Source: Firmicutes bacterium ADurb.Bin080
GTDB lineage: Bacteria; Bacillota; Clostridia; Christensenellales; DTU072
DNA: 64,000 nt
Reading direction: 5' to 3'
NCBI GenBank assembly: GCA_002070965.1
Contig: MWEH01000138.1
Span: 20,499-84,498, forward strand
Numbering within the stretch: the stretch's first letter is position 1; every line of letters starts with the position of its first letter. The translations under genes were made by a program, and so were the position numbers. Below, piece by piece: positions 1-12,309 of this stretch. The notes beneath the pieces were generated by a model. That model was not told where the DNA came from. It was given only the letters and a program-made list of their open reading frames with translations, and did not search any database.

Positions 1-1
1 G

Positions 2-373
2 AGGCAATTGATCTCGGAGGGTCATGTATATTTTGGGATGCCTCCTTTGTATAAGGTAGAAAAACGAGGGGTAATTCAATATGCATACGATGACCAAGAG
101 TTAGACAAGATTTTAGAGGATAATAAAGGCAAGGAAAAATTCAAATTGCAAAGATACAAAGGACTTGGAGAGATGTCAGATGTACAGCTTTGGGATACCA
201 CACTAAATCCTAAAACCAGAACTCTGATGAGGATTACGGTTGATGATGTTGCTGAAGCTGATAGGATGCTATCAACTTGGATGGGAAACGATGCTCTTGC
301 GAGAAAAGAGTACATAAACGAAAATGCAAATTTTAATAAGATAGATAAATTTGCTGAGAAAATAGGAGGCTAA
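2..373 (+). CDS. parE: Type IIA topoisomerase B subunit, C-terminal fragment (ParE/GyrB family; 5' end outside window)
   Basis: The frame is open from the window edge. The translation ...[13 protein letters not shown]...[27 protein letters not shown]...NENA matches the conserved GyrB/ParE C-terminal tail. The TAA stop at 371-373 sits 1 nt before the A-subunit start. ParE versus GyrB cannot be resolved from 121 aa; ParE is chosen only because the partner lacks a GyrA box. Confidence 0.8.
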   Translation, partial: RQLISEGHVYFGMPPLYKVEKRGVIQYAYDDQELDKILEDNKGKEKFKLQRYKGLGEMSDVQLWDTTLNPKTRTLMRITVDDVAEADRMLSTWMGNDALARKEYINENANFNKIDKFAEKIGG

Positions 374-374
374 G

Positions 375-2876
375 ATGGCCAGAGAAAAAGATAAGCAATT
401 GTCTTTTGAATTATATAGCAATGTAATTGAAACCCCAATAGAACAGGCTCTGCCTAGATCTATGATGGTTTATTCTGAGCATGTAATTTTGGATAGAGCT
501 TTGCCAAGAATTGAAGATGGATTAAAGCCCGTTCAGAGAAGGATTTTATATACCATGCATGCTCTCGGAATGAAGCCAAATTCTGAGTACAAGAAATCGG
601 CGAGAGTTGTTGGAGATTGTTTGGGTAAATATCATCCCCATGGAGATCAATCTGTTTACGATGCGATGGTGAGGATGGGGCAAGACTTTAACATGAGAAA
701 TGTCTTAATCGATGGGCAGGGAAATTTTGGCTCAATAGATGGGGATTCAGCAGCTGCTATGAGATATACCGAGGTTAGGTTAGCCCCCCTTTCTATGGAA
801 CTGCTAAGAGATTTGGACAAGAGAACAATTGTTGATTGGAATAGAAACTTTGATGATACGTTGGAGGAACCAGATGTTCTGCCGGGCAGATTTCCAAATT
901 TATTGGTTAATGGAGCTTCCGGAATTGCGATAGGACTTGCAACTAACATCCCATCCCACAATTTAACTGAGGTAATCGATGGATGCATTGCTATGCTGGA
1001 AAGACCTCAAATTAAACTTTCTGAGCTTCTTGATATCATTAAAGGCCCTGACTTCCCTACGGGAGGTTTCCTTGTAGCGGGACAGGACATGTATGAAATG
1101 TATGACACTGGAAGAGGAAAAGTTCTTTTAAGAGGAAAACTCGAGATAGAAAATACCGAAGGAGGAAAACAAAATATAGTGATAACTGAGATTCCTTTTT
1201 CGGCGAATAAGAGTGGAATTATTAGCAGAATATATAGCTTAAAGGAAGAAAAAAAGTTTTCCTTGGAAAACATCATTGATGTAGACGATGAGTCAGACAG
1301 AAATGGAATGAGAGTAGTTGTGAGGCTCAAGAAGGGTTCGGACGCTATTAAGATTTTGGATTCATTATATAAAAACACCGATTTGCAGAAAAACTTTAGC
1401 GCAAATATGGTTGCTATTGCGAATGGTAAACCCCGACAAATGGGTTTAATCCCAATTTTGAAATATTATCTTGAGTATCAAAGAAAAGTGATTTACAGAA
1501 GAAGCCAATATGATATCGGAGTTGCAAAAACACGGGAACATATCTTGGAAGGTTTTAGCATTATTATGCCTGCGATAGATGAGGTAATTTCTATTATCAG
1601 AAATTCTTCCAATAAAAATGATGCAAAAAAGAACCTAAGGGATAGATTTGAGCTTTCAAATAATCAAGCAGATGCAATTCTTGCCATTCAATTAGGTAAT
1701 ATTAACAAAATGGATGTTGCAAAGTTTGAAGAAGAATTGAGCGAATTGAGAAAGGAAATTTCAAAATTAACAAGGATCATATCTTCTGTCCGAGAGCAAG
1801 ACAGAGTTGTTATGGAAGAACTTATTGAAATACGCGATAATTATAAGACAAAAAGACTTACAACCATTATAAAAGATATATCTGATATTGACGTCACTGC
1901 TTTCGATCCAACAAAGAGAACTGCAAAAAAGTGTTTTGCCGTAATAGATTCTTTAGGAGGAGTGAAAATTGTTTCGAGCAGGAACTATCTAAGCACTAAC
2001 AGGGAAATTGAGTGTAATAGTTATAAAGCTTTAGCTAAGCAACTTGCATTAATAGAGACTAATGAAGAAGCCCTTATTTTTAGTAACAAGGGTTACTGTT
2101 ACAAGTTTGATTCACAAAAAATTAGAGAGAAGCAGTGGGATGAATTAGGTGATCAGTTATCTGACTATTTTGAGACTCAAAGTACAGATGAAAAAGCTGT
2201 TAGTATCCTAACCTATAAACCTGAAGACGAAGGGGGACTTCAAAGGGATACATTTGCTTTTACGCAAAAGGGTTATGTGAAAAGAAGCTCTTTACAAAGT
2301 TATATAGTGGCCAGAGAAGCATTTCAATACATGAAAATCGCCGAGGATGATTCAGTTATTGGCGTTGAATACGCTATAGATAATAGTACAATTTTCTTCG
2401 TATCCTCTGATGGCCAATGTGTAAACTCTGAAACCTCGGATATTCCATGTCAAGGGAGGATTGCCGGAGGGGTAATAGTAATGAATTTAAATGATGGGGA
2501 AACAGCAGTATTTGCCTCACAGGCAATAGTAGAAAAATCTTATGATCTTAATGGCAACGAAGAGTATATGCCCCTTGGGGAGATAATAATAATTAACGAT
2601 AAAGGATACGGCAAAAGGGTAATATCCGCAGAGTTCGCTCCAATGCGACGCAATAGGAAGGGAGTAAGAATTATGGATATCTATAACGAGAATACCAAGG
2701 TTATTTTTGCCTCAAAAGTTTTAGAACCCTATGATGTTGTGTTTGTGGATGCCGAAAATAATATTAAACATATTAATTCGGAAGAAATAAGAATTGAAAG
2801 TAAGGATACTAAAGGAAGGTCTTTAGTATCCGGAATGAAGATAAGAATGATTTCAGGACATGTTGATAATTTGTAG
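375..2876 (+). CDS. parC: Type IIA topoisomerase A subunit (ParC favoured over GyrA)
   Basis: An AGGAGG SD lies upstream. Motifs seen: [38 protein letters not shown] (catalytic Tyr). The length is 833 aa. I could not find a GyrA-box (QRRGGKG-like) at the start of the C-terminal domain, which favours ParC. Confidence 0.85.
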   Translation: MAREKDKQLSFELYSNVIETPIEQALPRSMMVYSEHVILDRALPRIEDGLKPVQRRILYTMHALGMKPNSEYKKSARVVGDCLGKYHPHGDQSVYDAMVRMGQDFNMRNVLIDGQGNFGSIDGDSAAAMRYTEVRLAPLSMELLRDLDKRTIVDWNRNFDDTLEEPDVLPGRFPNLLVNGASGIAIGLATNIPSHNLTEVIDGCIAMLERPQIKLSELLDIIKGPDFPTGGFLVAGQDMYEMYDTGRGKVLLRGKLEIENTEGGKQNIVITEIPFSANKSGIISRIYSLKEEKKFSLENIIDVDDESDRNGMRVVVRLKKGSDAIKILDSLYKNTDLQKNFSANMVAIANGKPRQMGLIPILKYYLEYQRKVIYRRSQYDIGVAKTREHILEGFSIIMPAIDEVISIIRNSSNKNDAKKNLRDRFELSNNQADAILAIQLGNINKMDVAKFEEELSELRKEISKLTRIISSVREQDRVVMEELIEIRDNYKTKRLTTIIKDISDIDVTAFDPTKRTAKKCFAVIDSLGGVKIVSSRNYLSTNREIECNSYKALAKQLALIETNEEALIFSNKGYCYKFDSQKIREKQWDELGDQLSDYFETQSTDEKAVSILTYKPEDEGGLQRDTFAFTQKGYVKRSSLQSYIVAREAFQYMKIAEDDSVIGVEYAIDNSTIFFVSSDGQCVNSETSDIPCQGRIAGGVIVMNLNDGETAVFASQAIVEKSYDLNGNEEYMPLGEIIIINDKGYGKRVISAEFAPMRRNRKGVRIMDIYNENTKVIFASKVLEPYDVVFVDAENNIKHINSEEIRIESKDTKGRSLVSGMKIRMISGHVDNL

Positions 2877-2910
2877 AAGGTGAATCCCTTTTTCAGGTAT
2901 AGGAGAACAT

Positions 2911-4230
2911 ATGAAACCTTTGGTAGCAATAGTTGGAAGACCTAACGTAGGTAAATCGACTTTTTTCAATAAAGTATCTAAAACGCGTTCAGCCATAGTT
3001 AATAACACTCCTGGGGTGACTCGGGATAGGGTTTACGCAGATGCTGATTGGTTGGGGTATAAATTTACTCTGATAGATACTGGCGGAATAGAAATGAAGA
3101 GCGATGATTTAATGTGGCGTGAAATTAGAAAGCAAGCTGAGATAGCAGTAGAATTATGTGATATTATCCTGTTCATGGTGGATGGAAAGATCGGTATTAA
3201 TCCTGGAGATTATGATGTTGCCGATTATCTTAGAAAATCAGGTAAACCAGTGATTCTTGTGGTAAATAAACTTGACGATGGAAAGGATGATGGTATCTAC
3301 GACTTTTACAACCTTAATATAGGTGCGCCTCATGGTATATCGTCTGAACACAGCTTAGGGCTTGGAGACTTACTAGATGAAATAGTGGCATTTTTCCCTG
3401 ATTTGGAAAGAAATATAGAGGAAGATCCCAATATTACGAAGATCGCAATTGTAGGAAAACCTAATGCGGGAAAATCTTCCCTTTTGAATAAAATATTAGG
3501 GTATGAAAGAGCTATTGTGACAGATATTCCGGGAACAACCAGGGATGCTATAGACACTCCATTTGAAAGAGATGGAAAGAGATACATGTTAATAGATACC
3601 GCTGGAATCAGGAAAAAATCTAAAGTGTCTGAAGATGTGGAATATTATAGCGTGGTAAGAAGCATCTCTGCAATTAGGAGAGCGGATATAGTACTGATTG
3701 TTATTGATGGGGTTGAAATGATATCCGAACAGGACACAAAAATATGTGGACTTGTCCATGATGCGGGAAAGCCTAGCATAGTGGTGGTTAATAAGTGGGA
3801 TGCTGTTGAGAAAAACCCTGCGATTACTTTCGAGGTAACGCAAAAGATACTTAAGGAATTAAAATTTATGGACTATTTAAAGATAGCCTTTGTAAGCGCG
3901 CTTACAGGAAAAAATGTGGATAAGCTTTTTGATACAATACATGAAGTATTTGATAATTCCTCAAGAAGAATTGCCACTGGGTTATTGAATGATATTATAG
4001 GGGATGCTATTATGCTTAATCCTCCTCCGACAGATGAAGGAAAACCAGTAAGGATATATTATTCAACGCAGGTTTCAACAAATCCTCCGGTTTTTGTGTT
4101 CTTTGTTAACAATCCAGAAAGAGTTCATTTTTCTTACATTAGATATTTGGAAAATCAGCTTAGAAAAGCCTTTCAATTCGAAGGTACTCCAATAAAACTA
4201 ATTATGAGATCTCAAGATCAGAAGGAATAG
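2911..4230 (+). CDS. der: Ribosome-associated GTPase Der (EngA), two tandem GTPase domains plus KH-like C-terminus
   Basis: There are two P-loops, GRPNVGKSTFFN and GKPNAGKSSLLN, each followed by DTGG/DTAG and NKxD motifs. An AGGAG SD lies upstream. Confidence 0.95.
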   Translation: MKPLVAIVGRPNVGKSTFFNKVSKTRSAIVNNTPGVTRDRVYADADWLGYKFTLIDTGGIEMKSDDLMWREIRKQAEIAVELCDIILFMVDGKIGINPGDYDVADYLRKSGKPVILVVNKLDDGKDDGIYDFYNLNIGAPHGISSEHSLGLGDLLDEIVAFFPDLERNIEEDPNITKIAIVGKPNAGKSSLLNKILGYERAIVTDIPGTTRDAIDTPFERDGKRYMLIDTAGIRKKSKVSEDVEYYSVVRSISAIRRADIVLIVIDGVEMISEQDTKICGLVHDAGKPSIVVVNKWDAVEKNPAITFEVTQKILKELKFMDYLKIAFVSALTGKNVDKLFDTIHEVFDNSSRRIATGLLNDIIGDAIMLNPPPTDEGKPVRIYYSTQVSTNPPVFVFFVNNPERVHFSYIRYLENQLRKAFQFEGTPIKLIMRSQDQKE

Positions 4231-4378
4231 CCCATAGTTAATGTAATATAAAATAAAAATACATTTTTTCATAAGTTTAATACATAAGTTTAATAAATAT
4301 ATAAAATTAGCCATTCATTTAACTTGATTGTCCATTGAAAATACTTTTTTATTTTCTTGTCGCTTTCTCTCAATTCAT

Positions 4379-4408
4379 TTGCATATTTTGGTTTATTTTA
4401 AGTATTAT
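4379..4408 (+). promoter_or_regulatory. Candidate sigma70-type promoter for the aminotransferase gene
   Basis: TTGCAT (4379-4384), 18-nt spacer, TATTAT (4403-4408). AAGGAG SD at 4425-4430. The background is AT-rich, so specificity is low. Confidence 0.3.
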
Positions 4409-4438
4409 TATTAAAACTAACTGATAAGGAGCAATAAC

Positions 4439-5698
4439 ATGGACTTCCAAGGAACAGATTTCTTGAAGAATGAATTAAAAAAAGAACAAGAACTTCTTGA
4501 TATATACAAAGAGAGGAAACTAAACTTGGATATGTCTAGAGGAAAACCATCTACGGCTCAGTTGGATATTTCTTCTTCCTTACTAGATGAATTGACCTCT
4601 ACTTCCAATTTTGGAAAAATCGATTATAGAAATTATGGGATAAATGATGGTATCTCTGAAATAAAAGAAGTGTTTTGCGATTTGTTAGGGATAAAAAGCG
4701 AGGAAATTATTGTATCGGGAAATGCTTCTTTAACTCTAATGTACGATTCATTGCAAAGGGCTTTACAGTTCGGAGTACTAGGGGGAATCCCATGGAATAA
4801 ACAGGGGTTGATTAAATGGTTATGTCCAGTTCCTGGTTATGATAGGCATTTTGCGATTACTGAGTTATTCGGAATACAAATGATAAATATTCCTATGAAG
4901 GAAACTGGCCCTGATATGGATTTAATTGAAGCGCTTATCCATGATGAGTCTGTTAAGGGAATATGGTGCGTCCCAAAATACAGTAATCCACAGGGGATAA
5001 TCTATAGTGACGATACAATAAAAAGATTTGCTAAATTAAAGCCCAAAGCGCAGGACTTTAGGGTTTTTTGGGATAACGCATACAATGTACATGGGTTGTA
5101 TGGATTCGATCAAATGTTGGATGTGTTTGCGGAAGCAAAAAAAGAAGGGAATGAGGATCTGTTCTATATTTTTGGATCGACTTCAAAAATTACGTTCGCA
5201 GGTGCGGGGGTAGCTTATCTTTATGGGAGTCAAAAAAATATGGATAGCATAAGAAAGTTTATAGGGATACAGACTATTGGTCCTGATAAGTTGGTACAGC
5301 TTTCACACGCTCGTTATCTTAAAAACAAAGATAATATTTTGAGATTAATGGATAAGCACGCTGATTTTCTTAGGCCTAAATTCGAAAAGGTTTTAGAAAT
5401 TTTAGATGATTCTTTTGCAGACATGAGTATTGTAAAGTACTCTAGGCCTAGGGGCGGATATTTTATTTCTGTGGACTTACGGGAAGGCACCGCAAAAAGG
5501 ACACTGAAGATTGCCTTGGAGGCAGGAGTAAGGTTTACTAATGCGGGCGCAACCTTTCCTTATGGGAATGACCCTTATGATTGCAACGTAAGAATAGCAC
5601 CCTCTCTTCCTCCGATTAATGAATTAATTACTGCAATGGAAATATTTTGTTGCGCGGCAAAGATAGCGTATTATGAAAAAGAATTAGGTGTATATTAA
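4439..5698 (+). CDS. PLP-dependent aminotransferase (aspartate-aminotransferase-like, fold type I)
   Basis: 419 aa. The N-terminal LNLDMSRGKPSTAQLDIS motif and the overall layout (SKITFAGAG lysine region) resemble the approximately 420-aa 'Asp aminotransferase' family as I recall it. Substrate is unknown. Confidence 0.75.
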   Translation: MDFQGTDFLKNELKKEQELLDIYKERKLNLDMSRGKPSTAQLDISSSLLDELTSTSNFGKIDYRNYGINDGISEIKEVFCDLLGIKSEEIIVSGNASLTLMYDSLQRALQFGVLGGIPWNKQGLIKWLCPVPGYDRHFAITELFGIQMINIPMKETGPDMDLIEALIHDESVKGIWCVPKYSNPQGIIYSDDTIKRFAKLKPKAQDFRVFWDNAYNVHGLYGFDQMLDVFAEAKKEGNEDLFYIFGSTSKITFAGAGVAYLYGSQKNMDSIRKFIGIQTIGPDKLVQLSHARYLKNKDNILRLMDKHADFLRPKFEKVLEILDDSFADMSIVKYSRPRGGYFISVDLREGTAKRTLKIALEAGVRFTNAGATFPYGNDPYDCNVRIAPSLPPINELITAMEIFCCAAKIAYYEKELGVY

Positions 5699-5762
5699 TC
5701 GTGCGTTTCGTTAAGGATTTTCTTTTCTTGCTATTAAAATAATAAAATTTCTACTCTCAATT

Positions 5763-5796
5763 AAAAATGCACCCATATGGGTGCATTTATTATTTT
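5763..5796. terminator. Bidirectional rho-independent terminator between convergent genes
   Basis: A perfect 10-bp stem, AAATGCACCC (5765-5774) / GGGTGCATTT (5779-5788), with an ATAT loop. It is flanked by an A-run upstream and a T-rich run downstream. Confidence 0.8.
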
Positions 5797-5810
5797 AAAC
5801 AATTGAATTT

Positions 5811-7274
<1,464 letters not shown>

Positions 7275-7290
7275 CTAATACCTTTTTGTT

Positions 7291-7319
7291 ATTATATTGT
7301 AAGGCATATATATTGTCAA
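7291..7319 (-). promoter_or_regulatory. Consensus sigma70 promoter for guaB
   Basis: The minus strand reads TTGACA (7319-7314), 17 nt, TATAAT (7296-7291). The leader is too short for a purine riboswitch. Confidence 0.6.
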
Positions 7320-7528
7320 CAAAAACCCTTTCTTAGAGAAGGAATTAACCGCATTTATCCTAGGATCACATATAAATATTTAGCTCCAAATGAACCCCCG
7401 ATTATTGAATTATTCTTAGAATAACAATAATGCATTTAATAGTTTTTTTGGATGTAGGTTGTATGATTGCTTTAATCTATAAAATTGCTTTATAATTACA
7501 TAGTAATTCTAGACTTATGGAGGATATT

Positions 7529-8713
7529 ATGAGTTTCGTTGGTACAGTAAGTAGAGGGATAAAAGCCCCCATCTTTAAAAAAGGTGATAACTTAGTTCAA
7601 ATGGTTGCTGATTCAGTTTTAAAAGCCTCCGAGGTGGAGGGGTTTAAACTGAGAGATCATGATGTAATAGGTGTAACTGAGGCGGTAGTAGCTAGAACTC
7701 AGGGCAATTATGCTTCTGTTGATCAAATAGCGCAAGATGTAAGAGAAAAATTTGGAGATAATCCTGTTGGCCTAATATTCCCAATTCTTTCAAGAAATAG
7801 GTTTTCTATCCTCCTTAAGGGAATTGCTAAGGGGACAAAAAAATTATTTATAGTTCTTTCTTATCCCAAAGATGAGGTAGGTAATCCTTTGATTGACCCT
7901 AATTTGGTCGATGAGAAAGGAGTTAATCCCTATTCGGATGTTTTTACCGAAGATGAATTCAGAGAATTGTTTGGTAAAATAAGCCATCCATTTACTGGAG
8001 TTGACTATATTAAACTTTATAGAGAAACTGCAGGAGGAGAATGTGAGATAATATTATCTAACCGAATTGAAACAATTTTAGATTACACCCCTTATGTGAT
8101 TAATGCTGACATACACACGAGGAGAAGAACAAAGAGAATTCTCTTAGAAAAGGGAGCCAAAAAAGTTGTTAGCCTGGATGAGATTCTCTCTAAAAGTGTT
8201 TCCGGGAGTGGATATAATGAGGATTTTGGAATTTTGGGAAGTAACCTGGCGACAGATGAAACTGTTAAGTTATTCCCTCGAGATGGCCAGATATTTGTGG
8301 ATAAACTCCAACAACTTATGTTCGAAAAGACAGGAAAAAAAGTAGAAGTTATGATATATGGAGATGGAGCTTTTAAAGATCCAGTTGGAGGAATATGGGA
8401 GCTTGCCGATCCAATAGTATCTCCCGCATATACTCTAGGATTAGTTGGACAACCAAGCGAACTGAAATTAAAATATCTTGCTGACACTGTATTGTCAGAA
8501 ATTACTAGTGAGCAAGAAAAAGAAGCCGAATTAAAAAGATTGATTAAAGCTAAAAAGGGCGATTTAGTTAACGAAAAGGTATCTCTTGGAACTACTCCAA
8601 GGAGGTTGACCGATTTATTAGGATCTTTGTGTGACTTGACTAGTGGTAGCGGGGATAAAGGAACCCCCATAATATTAGTGCAAGGTTATTTTGATAATTT
8701 TGCATCCGAATAG
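7529..8713 (+). CDS. CofE-like gamma-glutamyl ligase family protein (F420-0:L-glutamate ligase-like domain)
   Basis: The ORF opens at 7517, but GGAGGA (7519-7524) precedes the ATG at 7529 (MSFVGT...). Motifs GILGSNLATDE and ...SGSGDKGTPIILVQGY resemble CofE-family signatures from memory. The true substrate is unknown. Confidence 0.55.
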   Translation: MSFVGTVSRGIKAPIFKKGDNLVQMVADSVLKASEVEGFKLRDHDVIGVTEAVVARTQGNYASVDQIAQDVREKFGDNPVGLIFPILSRNRFSILLKGIAKGTKKLFIVLSYPKDEVGNPLIDPNLVDEKGVNPYSDVFTEDEFRELFGKISHPFTGVDYIKLYRETAGGECEIILSNRIETILDYTPYVINADIHTRRRTKRILLEKGAKKVVSLDEILSKSVSGSGYNEDFGILGSNLATDETVKLFPRDGQIFVDKLQQLMFEKTGKKVEVMIYGDGAFKDPVGGIWELADPIVSPAYTLGLVGQPSELKLKYLADTVLSEITSEQEKEAELKRLIKAKKGDLVNEKVSLGTTPRRLTDLLGSLCDLTSGSGDKGTPIILVQGYFDNFASE

Positions 8714-8745
8714 TACATTATTATGATGATTTCTGGGAGGAAATT

Positions 8746-11199
8746 ATGCCTGATTTACAAGAACTTCTGAAAGAACTAACTCTTGAGGAAAAAGCAGCTC
8801 TTTGTTCGGGGGTTACAAGTTGGCAAACAACCCCAATAAGAAGATTGGGCATACCGAGTATTTTTATGGCTGATGGCCCTCACGGGATAAGAAGGGAAAT
8901 TGCGGGGAAAAAGGTTGATAATATTTCAGGATCGTCTATTCCTTCAACTTGCTTTCCTCCCGCAGTAACTTTAGCTTCCTCTTGGGATAGAGCCCTTTTA
9001 TGTGAAGTCGGCCAGGCTTTAGCTGAAGAGGCCAAAGAGCAGGGAGTTAGCACTATTTTAGGGCCAGGAATTAACATTAAGAGAACTCCTTTGTGTGGGA
9101 GAAATTTCGAATATTTTTCTGAAGATCCTGTATTGACCGCTGAGATGGCTATTGCCTATGTTAATGGCGTTCAAAACAATGGAGTAGGAGTATCTTTAAA
9201 GCATTTCGCAGCTAATTCACAAGAGTATATGAGACTTTCCGCCTCTAGTGAGATTGACGAACGTACTCTTCGAGAAATTTATTTATATGCGTTTGAAAAA
9301 ACGGTAAAAGAAGCAAAACCTTATACACTAATGTGTTCATATAATCCAGTTAATGGAGAACATGCTTCTCAAAATAAGAAGCTTTTAAAGGATATTCTCA
9401 AGGATGAATGGGGTTTTGAAGGAATTGTTATGTCTGATTGGGGCGCAGTGGATGATAGGGTTAAAGGTATTGATGCTGGGCTTCATTTGGAAATGCCTTC
9501 TTCAAACGGTATAAGAGATAAATGGATTGCGGATGCAGTTAAAGAAGGAAAACTGTCTGAGGACAGGTTGAACACAATAGTATATGAGCTGTTAGAATAT
9601 ATTTTTAAATGTCATGAGAACACAATTAACGCAAAAGGATTTCAAGCGGATTATGAGAAAAACCATGAAATTGCTAGAAAAGCTGCCGCAGAAGGAAGTG
9701 TATTGTTAAAGAATGATGGAATTTTACCCCTAAAAAATTTTTCCAATATAGCTGTTATTGGCGCTTTAGCTGACTCTATAAGAACTCAAGGTACAGGAAG
9801 CAGTAAATTGGAACCAAGAAAAAAAGTCAGCTTTCTTAATGCACTTGATAACGCAAATATTAACTACAGTTATTTTGCTGCCTATGATCCCGATACCGAT
9901 GAAACTGACGAAATGAGTTTGAGATATGCAGCCGAACTCTCTAAGGGAAGTGATTTAGTTTTTCTTTTTATTGGACTCACAGATCAGTATGAATCGGAAG
10001 GATTTGACAGAAATACACTTGATATCCCCTTTTCCCATACAGAACTTCTTGAACGAGTTACCTCAAATAACAAAAATGTAATAGTAATATTAACGGGAGG
10101 CTCCCCTTCAATAATATCGTATGAAAACAAAGTTAGGGCAATCCTAAATGTATATTTGACCGGAGAAGCAGGAGGAGAGGCTGTTTTAGACCTAATAACT
10201 GGGAAAATTAATCCTTGTGGAAAGCTTGCTGAAACATTTCCTATTTCTTTATCAAGCAATTTGGCTTCCAAGTATTTTGCAAAGGAAGTTGCCGAATACA
10301 GAGAGGGTATATTTGTGGGCTATAGATACTATGATTCAGCGAAAAAAGATGTGAAATATCCTTTCGGGTACGGTTTATCTTACACTTCTTATGAGTATGC
10401 TAACTTAGTTATTTCTCCTTACAAAGAAGATCCAAAATTGACCTATTTAATCTCTTTCGATGTTTCAAACACAGGAACAATTGCAGGAAAAGAGATTGCT
10501 CAAATATATGTTAAGAGCAAAAATAGCCATATTTTCAAGGCAGATAAGGAGCTTAAGGGTTTCGAGAAGATTTACATCGAACCAGGTGAAACAAAGACAG
10601 TAAAGGTCTTTCTTCCTAAAGAGGCGTTTCAGTTCTTCAACGTTAATTCTGGGAAATGGGAGATTGAAACAGGAGAATATGAAGTGATGGTGGGGGCATC
10701 TTCAAGAGATATTCGTTTAAGAAGCGATATTTATGTTGATGGATCGGCTATGAATATTCCTGACTATTCGACAATTACCCCATCATATTATTCCCTTTCT
10801 AATATTGATGATATTCCTCTCGATGAGTTTGAGAGTTTGCTTGGAAGGAAGGTTAATAGATACATTAAACCTGGAAAAGGTGAATACACATTTAATACCT
10901 GTGTAAATGAGTTTGATGCAACGTGGTTTTCCAGATGGTTTAAAAAATTCACAGTTAGAAATAGCAAAATACTTCTACCCAGAAACAGTACACCTGCCGA
11001 GAAAAAAATGGTTGTTAATGGAGCACTTGCATTCCCTGTCCGAAACTTATTTGCCATGAGTGGAGGGGTGGTTACCTATAAATCCTCACTTGGAATCTTG
11101 ATGATGTTTAACGGGCACTTTTTTAGGGGGTTGTTTAAATTGATAAGTGGATTTTTCAGAAAAGACATTCCCAAGAAGGAGATTTATCCCTTAGATTAA
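8746..11199 (+). CDS. Glycoside hydrolase family 3 beta-glucosidase
   Basis: GPHGIR, KHFAANSQE, nucleophile motif GIVMSDWGA, a C-terminal Fn3-like region (YPFGYGLSYT). GGGAGG SD. Confidence 0.9.
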   Translation: MPDLQELLKELTLEEKAALCSGVTSWQTTPIRRLGIPSIFMADGPHGIRREIAGKKVDNISGSSIPSTCFPPAVTLASSWDRALLCEVGQALAEEAKEQGVSTILGPGINIKRTPLCGRNFEYFSEDPVLTAEMAIAYVNGVQNNGVGVSLKHFAANSQEYMRLSASSEIDERTLREIYLYAFEKTVKEAKPYTLMCSYNPVNGEHASQNKKLLKDILKDEWGFEGIVMSDWGAVDDRVKGIDAGLHLEMPSSNGIRDKWIADAVKEGKLSEDRLNTIVYELLEYIFKCHENTINAKGFQADYEKNHEIARKAAAEGSVLLKNDGILPLKNFSNIAVIGALADSIRTQGTGSSKLEPRKKVSFLNALDNANINYSYFAAYDPDTDETDEMSLRYAAELSKGSDLVFLFIGLTDQYESEGFDRNTLDIPFSHTELLERVTSNNKNVIVILTGGSPSIISYENKVRAILNVYLTGEAGGEAVLDLITGKINPCGKLAETFPISLSSNLASKYFAKEVAEYREGIFVGYRYYDSAKKDVKYPFGYGLSYTSYEYANLVISPYKEDPKLTYLISFDVSNTGTIAGKEIAQIYVKSKNSHIFKADKELKGFEKIYIEPGETKTVKVFLPKEAFQFFNVNSGKWEIETGEYEVMVGASSRDIRLRSDIYVDGSAMNIPDYSTITPSYYSLSNIDDIPLDEFESLLGRKVNRYIKPGKGEYTFNTCVNEFDATWFSRWFKKFTVRNSKILLPRNSTPAEKKMVVNGALAFPVRNLFAMSGGVVTYKSSLGILMMFNGHFFRGLFKLISGFFRKDIPKKEIYPLD

Positions 11200-11398
11200 T
11201 CTTCTTGATTTGCGTAACTATTTATTCTTATCTTTTGAAATTATCTGTAATTCTCTGTTGATTTTCAAAATAACCTACTTTATTTTTGAAATATAATATA
11301 ATTCTCTAGAAATATAACGCGTTTTCAAGTTGCTTGTTGCTTATCTATTTGCTAAGGAACAAATAGGGGAAGTTTCGACAAGACCGTAAACTCCTAGG

Positions 11399-11640
11399 CT
11401 AACTTCCCTCTCAAATTCCCCCCGAAATTTACTTAGGGAGGTTACTTAATTTTTGAGGGCAACTTTCACCTCAAAATTTTTTTACGCTAACTTCCATTTC
11501 AAATCACACGGTGGAACTCATTTAGAAAGATAACTTGATTTTTCGGGTTAACTTCCACCTCAAATTTTTTCCTAGCCAAATTTCCATTTCAAAATCTACC
11601 CCGAAGCTTACTTTGGGAATTATCTATTTTGATTGTATTT
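11399..11640. repeat. Degenerate tandem repeat, about 2.7 copies of an 88-89-nt unit, each with two copies of a 17-nt core AACTTCCnyyTCAAAt
   Basis: Core copies start at 11401, 11461, 11489, 11550 and 11579. Unit starts (CTAACTTCC / CCAAATTTCC) are at 11399, 11487 and 11576. Units 1 and 3 also share CCCCGAAnnTTACTTnGGGA. Confidence 0.7.
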
Positions 11641-11692
11641 AAACTCTTAACTAATCATTGACTTTTATTTTATTTAAATAAAAATAGTATCA

Positions 11693-11701
11693 TGTTATAA
11701 T
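11693..11701 (+). promoter_or_regulatory. Extended -10 element (TGtTATAAT) directly upstream of rdgB
   Basis: TG at 11693-11694 and TATAAT at 11696-11701. Only 7 nt separate it from the ATG at 11709, and no SD is present. Confidence 0.35.
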
Positions 11702-11708
11702 CATAAAT

Positions 11709-12287
11709 ATGAAAGAAATCGTTGCCGCGACAAATAATCCCGATAAACTTAGAGAGATTAGAGAAATTTTGGGTACCAAATTTTCTATATTATCTTTAAA
11801 AGATGAGGGAGTATCGGTAGAAATAGTTGAGAATGGTTTGAGCTTTTACGATAATGCTTTGATTAAAGCGAAGACTGTGACTGAACTTACAGGTAAACCT
11901 TCACTCGCTGATGACAGCGGACTTATAGTTCCTGCGCTTGGGGGCGCGCCAGGAATTTATTCTGCGCGATATGGGGGAGAAGATTGTGATAGTTTATTAA
12001 ATAGGGCAAAACTTTTAAAGGAAATGAAGGATATTGAGAACAGAGATGCTTCTTTTTATTCTTCCATAGTTCTTTTTTTCCCTGATTCCACTGTTGTGTC
12101 TGCCGAAGGGGAAGCAAAAGGAATGATATTAAAAGAGGAACAGGGTACAAAAGGTTTTGGTTATGATTCCCTATTTTTTTCTTTTGCCTTAAAAAAAAGT
12201 TTTGCCGAAGCAACCCCAGAGGAGAAAAACTCAGTTAGCCACAGAGGGGTTGCCCTGAAAAATTTATTGAAAAAATTGTCTGAATAG
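11709..12287 (+). CDS. rdgB: Non-canonical purine NTP pyrophosphatase (RdgB/HAM1 family)
   Basis: ATNNPDKLREI, ADDSGL, GAPGIYSARY, GFGYDSLF, SHRGVAL motifs. Confidence 0.92.
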   Translation: MKEIVAATNNPDKLREIREILGTKFSILSLKDEGVSVEIVENGLSFYDNALIKAKTVTELTGKPSLADDSGLIVPALGGAPGIYSARYGGEDCDSLLNRAKLLKEMKDIENRDASFYSSIVLFFPDSTVVSAEGEAKGMILKEEQGTKGFGYDSLFFSFALKKSFAEATPEEKNSVSHRGVALKNLLKKLSE

Positions 12288-12309
12288 AAACAAGGAAGTC
12301 TAGCGTATT

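Noticed and set aside
375-2876. Calling this gene gyrA.
   Set aside because: No GyrA-box was recognisable and the motif is KPVQRR (ParC-like), so ParC is favoured. Some motifs ([18 protein letters not shown]) are GyrA-like, so the call remains uncertain.
4270-4295. Tandem 13-nt duplication CATAAGTTTAATA x2 downstream of der.
   Set aside because: It is short and AT-rich, lies in a low-complexity spacer, and has no associated structure or ORF. It is likely a trivial slippage product.
11399-11640. Possible CRISPR array.
   Set aside because: The repeats are degenerate, only 17 nt long at the core, and spaced alternately at about 29 and 60 nt. The 'spacers' are themselves repeated, and there are no cas genes or leader. 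This is a tandem repeat, not a CRISPR array.
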